Below are positions 21,018-31,900 of a stretch of DNA of 64,000 nt, piece after piece. The stretch comes from Terriglobia bacterium (lineage in GTDB: Bacteria > Acidobacteriota > Terriglobia > 20CM-2-55-15). Position numbers and translations under genes: made by a program. Below the pieces are notes generated by a model. That model did no database searches. It had not been told where the DNA came from and saw only the letters and a program-made list of their open reading frames with translations. Position 1 is the first letter of the stretch. Each line of letters starts with the position of its first letter. The DNA lies in the NCBI GenBank assembly GCA_963664115.2, contig CAXWPJ010000010.1, positions 1 through 64,000 of the forward strand. Direction: 5' to 3'.

Positions 21018-22514
21018 ATGCCAAGTCTGAATCGCTGGAGGATCTTACTGCTCATTGCAGTGCTACTCCCTCTCGCCTGTTCGCGTGTCGAGCCTCAGGA
21101 TCCAGCGCCTGCCAGAACCCCGATGACGACCGCGCCCGGGCAATCTCCACTTCCGTTCCTGAATATGGCCTATGACGAACCAATCGTCGGCGCCGAAGTA
21201 CAGGTGAGCTCTGAGGGCCTGCCAGCAGGAGAAACCGTCGAACTTCAGTGGGGGACGGTGACTGGGGGCTGGGTCATCCGGGATTACTACCACTTCGAGG
21301 GAAAGAAGTATTCAGAGAGTACGTTTTCACTCGGTCAATTCACCGTCGACCCGGACGGCCGCCTGGAAGCACGTTTCGTGATACCGGAGGACTTCGGCGG
21401 AGTGCACGATGTCATTGCTACAATCGACCACATCCCGGTCGCGCAAGGCGGTATTGAGGTAAAGCAAAGCTTCGAGATGAGTCCCCTTGCGGGTCCGGTG
21501 GGCACACCCATCGAGATCCGAGTCAAGGGTCTGGGCTGGCGGACGATGGAAAGCACCTGGTCCGCGAACTGGGATAACAATGTGATTGGCTTCATTTCGG
21601 CGGCCAGCACCAAGGGCTCTGCCGTGGCGCGCTTCCGGGCAGCGGGCCCCGTGGGTGAGCACGTAATCAAGTTGTACACGGGCTGGCAGGGGCAACCCTA
21701 CTTGAACCATGAGCAGTCTCCCGTCGCGCATTTGACTCGTCCGGAGTTCATCTTTCGCACGACGGAAGGACGGAGCTCGACACCTGCAGCCTATGCGGAG
21801 CCGTACCAGCCCCAGCCTCTGCCCGAAACCGAACTGCAGATTTCGGGCGCTGCGATAGCCGTCACCCCGACACAAGGCCCCGTTGGCACCGAGGCGGTGT
21901 TGCGCGGCCAGGGCTTTCCGGCGGGCGCATCGCTACAGCTGGTCTGGGGCACATTTGTCGGCAACCGCGTCAGCGGCGACGGATTCGCTCCCCGGGAGGA
22001 TTCCCTTGGCGAAGTACGGGTGGGGAACGATGGACGCTTCGAAGCTCCTTTGACCATTCCCGACGATCTTGGCGGACTGCACACCATCGCGCTGCGCGAT
22101 GGCGGCAACGAAGTCGCACGTCTCCATTTCGCCATCGAAACCAGCATTGTCAGCATCACACCCACGTCCGGCCCCGTCGGAACTCCGGTCACGATTCACC
22201 TGAAAGGTGTGGGCTGGACCGAATACGACAACATCTATATCGGCACGTATGATAATGCCTACATGGGTTACGCCTGCGGCTTCAACAGCCAGGGCGACGT
22301 CGTTATCAATTTCAAAGCCGCGGGAGCTCCCGGCGAGCATCTGATCGATTTTTATCCCGGCATTTATACCGGCCCGGCTACTGAATCCCAGCAGCTTTAC
22401 CGCCTGCCGCAACTGACCTACGCCGACGATCATCCGGGCAACAAGATTCCGGCCTTGCGCTTCAAGTTCGAAGTCACGCCTTCGCCCGCTGCCGATAGGC
22501 GCACGACAGACTAA
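21018..22514 (+). CDS. Hypothetical lipoprotein with internally duplicated IPT/TIG-like domains
   Basis: LPLAC lipobox; repeated PxxGPVGT, IP(E/D)DxGGxH, KGxGW, (W/Y)DNxxxG and AAGxxGEH motifs. Confidence 0.75.
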   Translation: MPSLNRWRILLLIAVLLPLACSRVEPQDPAPARTPMTTAPGQSPLPFLNMAYDEPIVGAEVQVSSEGLPAGETVELQWGTVTGGWVIRDYYHFEGKKYSESTFSLGQFTVDPDGRLEARFVIPEDFGGVHDVIATIDHIPVAQGGIEVKQSFEMSPLAGPVGTPIEIRVKGLGWRTMESTWSANWDNNVIGFISAASTKGSAVARFRAAGPVGEHVIKLYTGWQGQPYLNHEQSPVAHLTRPEFIFRTTEGRSSTPAAYAEPYQPQPLPETELQISGAAIAVTPTQGPVGTEAVLRGQGFPAGASLQLVWGTFVGNRVSGDGFAPREDSLGEVRVGNDGRFEAPLTIPDDLGGLHTIALRDGGNEVARLHFAIETSIVSITPTSGPVGTPVTIHLKGVGWTEYDNIYIGTYDNAYMGYACGFNSQGDVVINFKAAGAPGEHLIDFYPGIYTGPATESQQLYRLPQLTYADDHPGNKIPALRFKFEVTPSPAADRRTTD

Positions 22515-22542
22515 TAACAATCCGTTACCAGACAGCGCTAAG

Positions 22543-24786
22543 CTAGAAGTTGAACAGATTGGTCACTTTGACGATAAACGCGCGCTCCAGCAACTCGTTC
22601 CCCAGCGAGCTGCGGCGATCGTTGTAGACCAGGTAAATGTCACTGAGAGGACGGTAAGTGAGGTTGAACCGGATGTTGGTGCTGACCTCATGGGTTCTGC
22701 TGCTGTACTGAAAGAAAGCATTGATGAAGGATCTCGGACTGAAGGCCAGAAGAAATCGCGCACCCACAAGGTCTGTTGTTGTAGTTCCGCTCGACAGCTT
22801 CAAAAGATTTCGCGAATAATCGAGCGTTGCGTTGAAACGATAATTGGGTTTCAACAACAAACTGCCGCTGATCGATCGCCGACGGCCGTCCCAGAACTCG
22901 CCCCAATCGACTCTGCCGGCGCCTCCAATCTTTTCACTTCGATCCGTGTTGATCTGAGCGCTGTATGCGAGATATTTGTAGTCACCTGTAGGGACAGGAA
23001 GCCCCTGGATCCGAATGCCGTTCAGAAGCCGGTCGAAAGTTTGAGTCATCATCAGACTCGCCCCCGCGTTGTTGAAGAATTGAACTCCAAGCCTTACATC
23101 TTGGATGCGCGTTTCGATCTCTCCATTCACACCCTTGAAATACTGCGCGTTGGTCGCAAACTCCAGGTTTCGGATCGCATCACTCCGCCGCAGCAGCGGT
23201 CTCCATGAGAAATCGCCGGCATATTGCGAATGGTTGCCGCGGCGAACGAATCCGACCTCCGGATTGAAATTGGGCTGGACTTGATTGTATTCGCTACTGA
23301 TGGCCCACTCGTTGCCCCGCCAGCCCGTTTGAAATCTTCGCGCGTAGTTCTGTCCAGTTTTTCCGGGCGTGTCGCTGCGAAGGATGTAAGAGTCGATCTC
23401 AAGCCGATCTCGCAGTATGAAGTGCGCATCGACACCATAGACCCGGTTGTAATCTCTATCGATCGTAGAAGTCCTGCTCGTAACGAGCGTTCCAATCCAG
23501 GATCGCGCCAGTAGATTCCGTTTGAGTCGGCCCACGAGGTAGTTATTCGAGGGCGTCGTGGATGACCCCGTATCGAGCTTCTCGGTCTTCATGGCGAGAA
23601 GTCCGATATCGTATCGATCCGCCTTTCCCGTAAGCCGGGCGCCGACGACGATTGGGATGGGAGTCCCACTGGCGCTGAGTCCGATGCGGCGGCTGAAGAA
23701 CGGCACGAGGTTCCCGCCCGGACCAAAACCGCCTCCCGGACCAAAATTGAAAATACCCGAGTTTTCGAGAAAGAATTCGCGTTTTTCCGGAAAAAAAAGG
23801 TTGAACCGGGTGAGGTTGACCTGTTGTGTGTCGGCTTCCACTTGTGCGAAGTCCGTATGATAGGTCAGGTCGAGGGTGAGGGTCTGCGTCAGTCCATATT
23901 TCGCATCGACTCCGCCATCGTAGTCTTCGATGGCTCCGAGCGATCGGGTTCTTCGCATCGCGTCGCCCTCACGCACATCCGTGATACCGGCCGTAATAAA
24001 AGGCTTGATGCCGAAGTTTCGTCCCGTATTGATGTTTTCGATGCCCACCAGGGTTCCCGCCAGCGACATCTTTTGACAGCAGCTGTAACGGATCGGTATC
24101 GGTGCCCACATGTTCTCTTCCGAGATGTTCAGGACGCGGCGGCTCAGGTTCAGCCCCCACACCTGTTGGGTTTCATTGGAGAATCGGAGAGTCTTAAAGG
24201 GGATACGGTATTCCGCGGTCCAGCCCTGTGCGTCAACGGTGACCTCGACATCCCACACTCCATCCCAATTTCCGTTGAACAAATCCCCGTCGTTCGAGAT
24301 CTGCGAATCCCGCCGGGCGCCAGCGGGATTGGTGCCGAAGAGGAATCCGGAACTCTCGTCGTGCAGGCTGTCGATGATCACGCTTACACCGTCGCTGTCG
24401 CGCCAAAAGAAATCCTCCCGCAGCTCAGTGACGACTACGTTTCCGGAGTCCTGGTCACCGGCCTTCCAGCCGATGTACAGATTCTCGTCGTCATAGAGGA
24501 AGCTGACCTCGTTCGTATTCGTGGCGGGCACGCCCGGGCGCGCCCATTGGGTGAAGTCGGACGCAGGGGTTGCCGATTGCCAGGCAGGCTCGTCGAGAAG
24601 GCCGTCCAGCGTAATTCTTTCGTCAATCCGAACCGCCGTCACGATCTTCTCGAACCGGGCGGTCTCGTAGTCGATTGCGACAGGGGCCGGATCGCGTGCG
24701 ACTTGATTGGCCGTCGGCCCTTGCTCCGAATAGGCAGCAACATTCACGAGAGCGCAAATCGCCAGAAACCGGCTCAAGAATCTCAT
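22543..24786 (-). CDS. CBM9-like/DUF5916 outer-membrane protein (copy 2)
   Basis: Paralogue of 13402..15639 (AIDYETAR, DFAQVEAD, FPEKREFFLE, TNLFNF end). Confidence 0.85.
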   Translation of the reverse strand: MRFLSRFLAICALVNVAAYSEQGPTANQVARDPAPVAIDYETARFEKIVTAVRIDERITLDGLLDEPAWQSATPASDFTQWARPGVPATNTNEVSFLYDDENLYIGWKAGDQDSGNVVVTELREDFFWRDSDGVSVIIDSLHDESSGFLFGTNPAGARRDSQISNDGDLFNGNWDGVWDVEVTVDAQGWTAEYRIPFKTLRFSNETQQVWGLNLSRRVLNISEENMWAPIPIRYSCCQKMSLAGTLVGIENINTGRNFGIKPFITAGITDVREGDAMRRTRSLGAIEDYDGGVDAKYGLTQTLTLDLTYHTDFAQVEADTQQVNLTRFNLFFPEKREFFLENSGIFNFGPGGGFGPGGNLVPFFSRRIGLSASGTPIPIVVGARLTGKADRYDIGLLAMKTEKLDTGSSTTPSNNYLVGRLKRNLLARSWIGTLVTSRTSTIDRDYNRVYGVDAHFILRDRLEIDSYILRSDTPGKTGQNYARRFQTGWRGNEWAISSEYNQVQPNFNPEVGFVRRGNHSQYAGDFSWRPLLRRSDAIRNLEFATNAQYFKGVNGEIETRIQDVRLGVQFFNNAGASLMMTQTFDRLLNGIRIQGLPVPTGDYKYLAYSAQINTDRSEKIGGAGRVDWGEFWDGRRRSISGSLLLKPNYRFNATLDYSRNLLKLSSGTTTTDLVGARFLLAFSPRSFINAFFQYSSRTHEVSTNIRFNLTYRPLSDIYLVYNDRRSSLGNELLERAFIVKVTNLFNF

Positions 24787-25052
24787 AGCGCGAACAACTC
24801 CCAAAGAATGCACAAGCATAGAGCCTAAGATCGCAAAATGGAGCCAGCCTACGGCGTCATATGTTGCAAATCAAATCAAGACAACGACTCAGTTGGACTG
24901 ACTCAGGGGGCCCGATAATGCGCGCCGGGTCCGGATCCGGGAGCATCCGATCACTCGGAAAAAATTATTGCCGGCTTGGATGCCCAGGCCCGAATCCTAA
25001 AGAAGAAACGGTGGCCAACATTGGAAGCCAATGACAGTATCCGCACTCGAGT

Positions 25053-25559
25053 TCACTGCTCGAGATCTTCAAGCGATCGCCGTATTTTTGCGATGATTCG
25101 CCGCGTAGAACTCTTACGAGGAAAGCTCCCCCGGTCTCTCATGATCAGTTCGATATCGGGATTCCTGGATTGGAAGTAGGAGGCAAAGTCGCTTTTGGCC
25201 TCCTTGCTCGGCTCGTCTGCAGGCGTGACGACCACGTCGGGCCGAATCGCACGGATGATCTGTTCCTCAAATGGACGGCGATCAGAAATGAAAACCAGAT
25301 CAACGGGCTTCAGCGCGGACACCATCAAAGCCCTCCATTCCTGCTTGACCATCGGCCTGCCCGCTTGCTTTCGCCGACGTGTTCGCTGATCTCCAATGAC
25401 GCACACGACCAGGAGATCCCCCTGCAGTTTGCACCATTCAAGATAGTCGACGTGACCGGGGTGGATGATGTCAAAGGTACCACCGGTCAACACGACCCGC
25501 CTGCCCTCTCTGAGCTGCTGCAGATTGAGCCGGGCACTCTTAAGTAAAAATTTCCTCAT
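25053..25559 (-). CDS. Cytidylyltransferase-like (HxGH) nucleotidyltransferase
   Basis: GGTFDIIHPGHVDYL, GDLLVV, GRP, SSTRRII motifs, as in RfaE domain II/TagD/RibL-like proteins. Confidence 0.85.
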   Translation of the reverse strand: MRKFLLKSARLNLQQLREGRRVVLTGGTFDIIHPGHVDYLEWCKLQGDLLVVCVIGDQRTRRRKQAGRPMVKQEWRALMVSALKPVDLVFISDRRPFEEQIIRAIRPDVVVTPADEPSKEAKSDFASYFQSRNPDIELIMRDRGSFPRKSSTRRIIAKIRRSLEDLEQ

Positions 25560-25619
25560 TCACGACCCATGGTCGGGACCTGTCGGTTTGCGCTTCGGTG
25601 CCTTCGATTGTCACTTTCG

Positions 25620-26669
25620 CTATTCTGATATCGATCCGCCAAGCTTCTCCAGCAGCGACTTCATTTTCGCGATATGCGGATCCTGGCCCAACCTTTGGGC
25701 TGCTTCGAGCGATTTCCGGTACATTTTCCCTGCAGCGTCGGGATCTTCGAGGAGCTCGAGCACGACGCCAAGGTTGCTACAGGCGTTTGCGGTCGACGGG
25801 CCTTCGCCCTGGTCTTCAGCCAGTTGAACAGCTCTCTCCATCAACGTTCTGGCCTGATCCAAACGGCCGGTACCGCAGAGAAAAATCCCATAGCTCACCA
25901 GGGTTTCTAGTTGGTCGTGTCCGGTAACGATCTCAGCGAACTCGATTTCAGCCTCCGTAAGATGTCCGGCATCCGCAAGACCCCAGGCCTTCGCCGTCAG
26001 GGATTCATAGGGACGTTCCATATTCTCGAATGCATTCGCCTTGTCGGTTTCATCGACGCTCTCAGGAGAAAGAATCAGTGGGGATTTTACCGGGCGCGTC
26101 GTTTCAGTATTCTTTGCACCGCTTTCCTGCTCCTGTTCCTGCTCTTGGACCCAAGTGGCAAGATGCCAACGCATCAGCGACCGGCATCTCCGCGTCGTGT
26201 CGAAAGAGTCCGCACGATGACTCTTTTGCCCTTCAATTTCCTTCCTGAATTCGAGGACTCTGTCCAACTGCGGGCCCGTGTCGCTCAGCTGTTGTTGATT
26301 CACCGCCTTGAACATCATGGCGAACTGCCTCATAGGGCGATCGGGATCCCGGTAGCACTCGAGTGCGACAGTGTATTCCTCCTCCGTACCGGATTTTTCA
26401 ACTGCCCCGGCCTGGGAGCCCGGAGAAGAACCCCAACGGTCCCAAAGGAGCAGAACGAAGAAGTCCGATTCCAGAATCTGCGGCCCCGTCTGCTCCCGAC
26501 CGAAGGCACTGAATGAGGCCTTCATGCCGGCGGGCACAAACAGAACGCCCCGTGCCATTGCTTCCGCTTTGTTGTAACGGTCAATCTCATCGAGCACGGC
26601 CGCACGCTCAGTCCCCAATCCAGGAGGCGACGCGATGAAAACCCGGTAACAGTTCAAATCAATCGACAT
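25620..26669 (-). CDS. DUF4062 (TIR-like) domain plus C-terminal TPR protein
   Basis: RVFIASPPGLGTER, ESDFFVLLLWDRWGS, SGTEEEY; C-terminal TPR helices (ACSNLGVVLELLEDPDAAGKMYRKSLE). Confidence 0.75.
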   Translation of the reverse strand: MSIDLNCYRVFIASPPGLGTERAAVLDEIDRYNKAEAMARGVLFVPAGMKASFSAFGREQTGPQILESDFFVLLLWDRWGSSPGSQAGAVEKSGTEEEYTVALECYRDPDRPMRQFAMMFKAVNQQQLSDTGPQLDRVLEFRKEIEGQKSHRADSFDTTRRCRSLMRWHLATWVQEQEQEQESGAKNTETTRPVKSPLILSPESVDETDKANAFENMERPYESLTAKAWGLADAGHLTEAEIEFAEIVTGHDQLETLVSYGIFLCGTGRLDQARTLMERAVQLAEDQGEGPSTANACSNLGVVLELLEDPDAAGKMYRKSLEAAQRLGQDPHIAKMKSLLEKLGGSISE

Positions 26670-27053
26670 GTAAATTCGATCTCGTTGCTCTCGTTTACAC
26701 ACTCAGCCCGGCGACCCTCCAGATCAGTGACGGGCGCTGAGGATTCACCCAACGGGAGCCGAAGCCTTCCCCCGCGTGCGCGTCACCGCTAAAGCACGAT
26801 TGCCGGGGATTGTTAGCGCAACAGCAGCGGAATTACCCGAATGGCCCCGGTTCCGTACGATTGATAACGTCCTCGCGCGCTCGGAATAGAGTCCATTTCG
26901 GGCACACGATTATATGCGCAAAGGTGTGAGGCTCCGCAAGCGGCGGGTCGAGTGTCACTCCGGAGAGGACGGAACCTGGGAAAAGCAGAACTTGAAGGAT
27001 GAGAGATTGGTTCGGATTCGAAAATAAGGGTTCGCAAACCGCCGGTCCCGGCG

Positions 27054-27083
27054 TTGCCTCTAAAAACGATACAGGGTTATACT
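27054..27083 (+). promoter_or_regulatory. sigma70-like promoter TTGCCT-N18-TATACT
   Basis: Near-consensus boxes; same boxes as the reconstructed promoter of the paralogue. Confidence 0.65.
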
Positions 27084-27219
27084 TTTGGCCGCTTTGGACA
27101 GGTACACGCAGCTGAACGGAGGGTCGGGGATAGGCGCGCCCGGTCGGTGGAATCCCCTCCGCAGGAGAGCTCCACACACCTCGGTCACTGAATGGATGCT
27201 GAAAAGACAAGGAGACACT

Positions 27220-28386
27220 ATGAAGCTCAGATCGAGGCGAACCGTTCTTGTCGCCGCAACCATGGTGGCCATGTGTGTGCTGGGGGTGGGGAGCACTCGC
27301 GGCCAGGCTCAGGCGCAACAGACCCCTCAGCTGGCCGAAGACGTGTTCGTCAACGTCCCTGCACTCGGTGGGCTTCCCGTCGACGAATTCATGGACACGA
27401 TGGGCATGTTTTCGGCCTCGCTCGGCATGACCTGCACCGATTGCCATGTCGCGGAAAGCCTGAACGACCCGGCGGCTTATGGAGACGAAACGGTGCGGAA
27501 GCGGACTTCGCGTGGCATGGTTCAGATGGTGAACGCCATCAACAGGGACAACTTCGGGGGACTGCCCTTTGTCAGTTGCTACACCTGCCATCGCGCCGAC
27601 CCAAGCCCCAAGGCCGTGCCCAGTCTGGTTCTCCAGTACAGCGTGCCCCCGGACGATCCCAATGAGATATTTTTTCCCGAGCAGGCCGTGCCCGGATTGC
27701 CTTCCGCCGACCAACTCTTCGACCGGTACATACAGGCCCTCGGCGGGGCGGATCCGGTGGCCAACCTCACCAGCTTTGTCGCCAACGGGCTGTATTCGGG
27801 GTACGACACGGATTTGCAGCCGGTTCCCATAGAGGTCTCTGCCAACGCTCCGGATCAACGAGCCACCGTGGTTCATGCTCACTTCGATGAGAGCCACGTG
27901 ACGGACAACGTCAGCACCTACGACGGCAGTGAAGGCTGGATCGCGGCGCCGGCGAATCTCGTACCGCTGATGCAGTTGACCGGAACGAAACTGGACAACG
28001 CCAGGACGGAAGCGATTTTGTCTTTTCCATCGGCAGTCCAGGGGGCCTTCGGCCGGTGGCAGGTGGGCTTCCCGAAAATCATAGACGGACGCCGAATCCA
28101 GCCCATTCAGGGAACGCGGGACGGGCAGACCCCCGTGAACCTGTTCTTCGACAACGAGTCCGGCCTGCTGGTCCGGCTCGTCAGCTACAGCGAAACGGAG
28201 ATCGGCACGGTTCCAACGCAGATCGACTACGCAGATTATCGCGAGGTCTCCGGTGTCATGATGCCATTTCATTGGACCGTGACCTGGACGAACGGGCAGT
28301 CCACCATTGAGCTCAGCGAGATCCAGGCCAACGTCCCGATCGGCGCGGCGAGGTTCCAAAAGCCCGCGGCCTCACCACCGGGTTAG
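27220..28386 (+). CDS. PufC-like diheme cytochrome c fused to a beta-rich (LolA-like?) domain, intact copy
   Basis: Signal peptide; MDTMGM...CTDCH and RGMVQMVNAIN...CYTCH; AAGGAG RBS before ATG 27220. Confidence 0.85.
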   Translation: MKLRSRRTVLVAATMVAMCVLGVGSTRGQAQAQQTPQLAEDVFVNVPALGGLPVDEFMDTMGMFSASLGMTCTDCHVAESLNDPAAYGDETVRKRTSRGMVQMVNAINRDNFGGLPFVSCYTCHRADPSPKAVPSLVLQYSVPPDDPNEIFFPEQAVPGLPSADQLFDRYIQALGGADPVANLTSFVANGLYSGYDTDLQPVPIEVSANAPDQRATVVHAHFDESHVTDNVSTYDGSEGWIAAPANLVPLMQLTGTKLDNARTEAILSFPSAVQGAFGRWQVGFPKIIDGRRIQPIQGTRDGQTPVNLFFDNESGLLVRLVSYSETEIGTVPTQIDYADYREVSGVMMPFHWTVTWTNGQSTIELSEIQANVPIGAARFQKPAASPPG

Positions 28387-28802
28387 GCCCAAAATCATGC
28401 CGGTGCTTAGATTCCTTACGGAGGCGTCTTCGAACGCGATCGGGTCCGGGCGCACCCAGATATCGGCTGCGTCGTAGTTTCTTGACATCGAGCTACGAAG
28501 AGGCCATAAAGGTGAGGTGGGGAGCGGCAAATCGGTCCCGCAACTTTCCTCCGCGGGACCGCGACACGGCTTTTGACGCTTCACAGACGGCTGTGCCATC
28601 CCTTGCCGCTCACCCACCCAATCCAAGCGGTCAGACTGCTGTCTTTTTACGACGCTTTTGGGCATCCCAATCTCATGGCATCCGAGGCGGACAAGTTTCT
28701 TCTAAGCGGTTAATTTTGAGCCACATTCAAGCGCGCTGGGCTGTGCCCATTCAATGCTCTTGTGGCACCCAAATTTTGGGTCCGGAGGGCTCTCGGTTCG
28801 CC

Positions 28803-28830
28803 TTGACAAGCTACACGCGTTTGCTACACT
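28803..28830 (+). promoter_or_regulatory. sigma70-like promoter TTGACA-N16-TACACT with extended -10 TG
   Basis: Perfect -35 box about 120 nt upstream of the TonB receptor start. Confidence 0.65.
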
Positions 28831-28923
28831 AGCCGGTATTCGAATAAGCACAACAAACTAAACGGAGAAAAAGGTGAAGCACGGGCGGCTGTGGAGCCGC
28901 CAACCAACTCTGGAGGGGGAGGA

Positions 28924-31900
28924 ATGAAACGAATCGGCATCACAGTTCTGAGTGGACTGCTCATGTGCGTGTTTGCGAGCCCCGAAGCTCGGGCGCAGGC
29001 CACAGCACAGATCAGCGGCACGGCGACCGACACGACCGGCGCCTTGTTGCCCGGCGTGGAAATCACGGCCACGCAAGTCGAGACCGGTATCACCCGGACA
29101 GCAATAACAAACGAGACGGGAGCCTACAATCTCCCGAACCTGCCACTGGGTCCGACCCAGGTGGAAGCGGTGTTGCCCGGATTCCAGACCTTTTTGCGAT
29201 CGGGACTCGTGTTGCAGGTGAATGCAGACCTGGTCATCAACGCGGTCATGGAGGTCGGTCAGGTCACCCAGACGATCGAGGTCACCGCGAACGCTGCGCT
29301 GGTGGAGACACGGAGCACGGCGCTGGGGACGATCATCGAAAACGAACGCATTCTCGAATTACCCCTCAACGGGCGCAACGTTCAGGACTTGATTGAGCTG
29401 GCCGGGGGCGCGATCAATCAGAGCGAGGGCCGAGGCGCAGGCCTGGTCGGAGGCCAATCGGACGTGATTTCCGTGGCCGGGGGCGCCGGCTTCGGGGTGG
29501 ACTACAGTCTGGACGGGGCCAACCACAACAGTTTCATTACCGGATCGACGATGCTCATGCCGTTTCCGGACGCGATGCAGGAGTTTACCGTGGAGCGGAG
29601 CGGCGTGACCGCCGACCGCGGCAGCAGCACAGCCGTGGCTGCGGTGACGAAGTCGGGCACCAACCAATTCCACGGCAATCTGTTCGAATTTGTCCGCAAC
29701 GACGCGTTCAACGCGCGGGAGTACTTTTCGACCTCGCAAAGCACTCTGAAGCGCCACCAGATGGGCGGAACCATCGGCGGGCCCATCCTCGAGAACCAGT
29801 TGTTCTTCTTCGGGGGCGTCCAGCGCACCACGCTGCGCGCGGACCCGGCCTCCACCCGTGCCACCGTTCCGACGGCGGACATGATTGCCGGCGACTGGAC
29901 CACGTTCACCTCGCCTGCCTGCGGTGGCCGCTCGAGCCGGAGATTTACGAACGACATGATCGATCCGGCCAGATTCAGCAAAGTGGCCTTGAACATGGTT
30001 AATTTGCCGACGTTCCCGAAACCGGTCGACGAGTGCGGAAACATCACATTTTCCGGTAGCCGGGACAATGACAACGAGAACTTTTACGTGGGCCGGATGG
30101 ACTACCAGGCATCGGACAGTCATTCCCTCTTCGGTCGCCTACTGATTCAGGACTTTGGGGAAAACCAGCCGGTGACTGAGAATTTCCTGCAGGCAACCGG
30201 GTGGCGGGAAAGCATGCAACAATCCTATACCCTTGGCTCCACCCTGCTGTTTGGTGGCAACTTTGTCCACTCGTTCCGTTATTCGTATAACACGACAGTG
30301 AACAACTACCTGCAACCCGAAAACGGCACTAATTGGTGCGACCTGGGCTCCGCGATCTACTGTGAACCTCGGATCTCGACCATCAATCGCCTCGTCGTGT
30401 CGGGTGGATTCGGCGTCAGCAATGGTTTTGAAAACGACTGGCAGTACACAGCCTTCAGCCATGGCATCAACGACGATGTGAGCTTCATCAGAGGGGCGCA
30501 CCAGTTCGGCTTTGGCGCAGCTTTCTTCTATGGCGACCAGGCGAATACGAACGTCACCTGGGCCAGCCAGCACCAGTTCCGTTTCGGGCGTCTGGCCGAT
30601 TTCATGACGGGAAGTATCCAAGTCCTGTTCACCGGTCAGACGAACGACCATTTAGTAACGCAAAAGGACTTCGCCCTCTATGCCACCGACACCTGGGCCG
30701 CGACGCCAACGGTGAACATTTCAGCCGGTGTGCGCTGGGAGCCTTTCGTCGCGCCGAATGTGAAGGCTATTTACAACTTCGATATCGATAGACTCCGCGC
30801 CGGTGTCCGGACGAGCGTGTTCGATAACGCGCCAACCGGCTTCTACTATCGGGGAGACCCGGGCTTCCCGACAAACGGCATCAATAACCGCTGGGCGCAG
30901 TTTGCGCCGCGTCTGGGCCTGGCCTGGGATGTGTTCGGGGATGGCCGGACGGCGCTGCGCACCTCGTACTCGCTCTCTTTTCTCGACTATCCCGGAGATT
31001 TTCGCGAAGGCTTCTCCGGCGGAGCACCCTGGGGTTCCCGCATCAACTTACCCTTTGGCTCCCCGTTGGACGATCCCTACGCGCGCGTCCCCGGAGGATC
31101 GACCTTCCCATACGAAGTGAACAACAGTGCGCCATTTCCATCCTCCGGGCTGTTTTTCACTCAGTCCTATGATACCAAGCAGCCCTACACCCAGGCGTGG
31201 AACCTGAGCCTGGAACGCCAACTCGGGAACGACTGGTCTATTTCCACAGCGTACACGGGAAACAACATCATGCACGTGTGGGGCAATAAGGCGCTCAACG
31301 ATGCGGTCTTCTTCGCCGGAGTGGCAAACGCAGGAGGAACCTGTTCGGCAGAGGGATTCACGATCAGCCTGGCACCGGGTGCGACATGTTCGACGCTCCG
31401 CAATATTGAGGATCGACGACGGCTGTTGCTGGAGAATCCGACCGACACGTTCAAAAAGCCTGGAAATCTGGCGGAAACCGACGATGGGGGCGTGCAGTCC
31501 TATCACGGCATGATCGTATCCGTGAGGCGCCGTGCGGCCAACGGCGTGAGCCTCAACTTCAACTACACCTGGTCGCATTGCATCGGTCCTTACGCCACGC
31601 TGTGGGGTCCAATGTCCATGCACCCGGACGACACCTACATCGATCCCACCAATCGGGAATTCGATCAAGGGGATTGCGATTCAGACCGCCGGCACCTCTT
31701 CAACACGACGCTGTCGGCTGAAACGCCGGAATTCGCCAATCGGACGCTGCGTCTGCTCGCTTCGGGTTGGCGGCTGTCGGGAATCTACAAGTTTGCGGCA
31801 GGGGAACCCTTGACCATTCACACCGGGGCGGATATTGCGTTGAACGGGATCGACGACTCCGACACCCAGCGGCCCAACCAGGTCGCCGACAACATCTACG

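Noticed and set aside
27220-28386. Evidence of phototrophy from a PufC-like cytochrome
   Set aside because: Only two hemes, and no reaction-centre or bacteriochlorophyll genes in the window.
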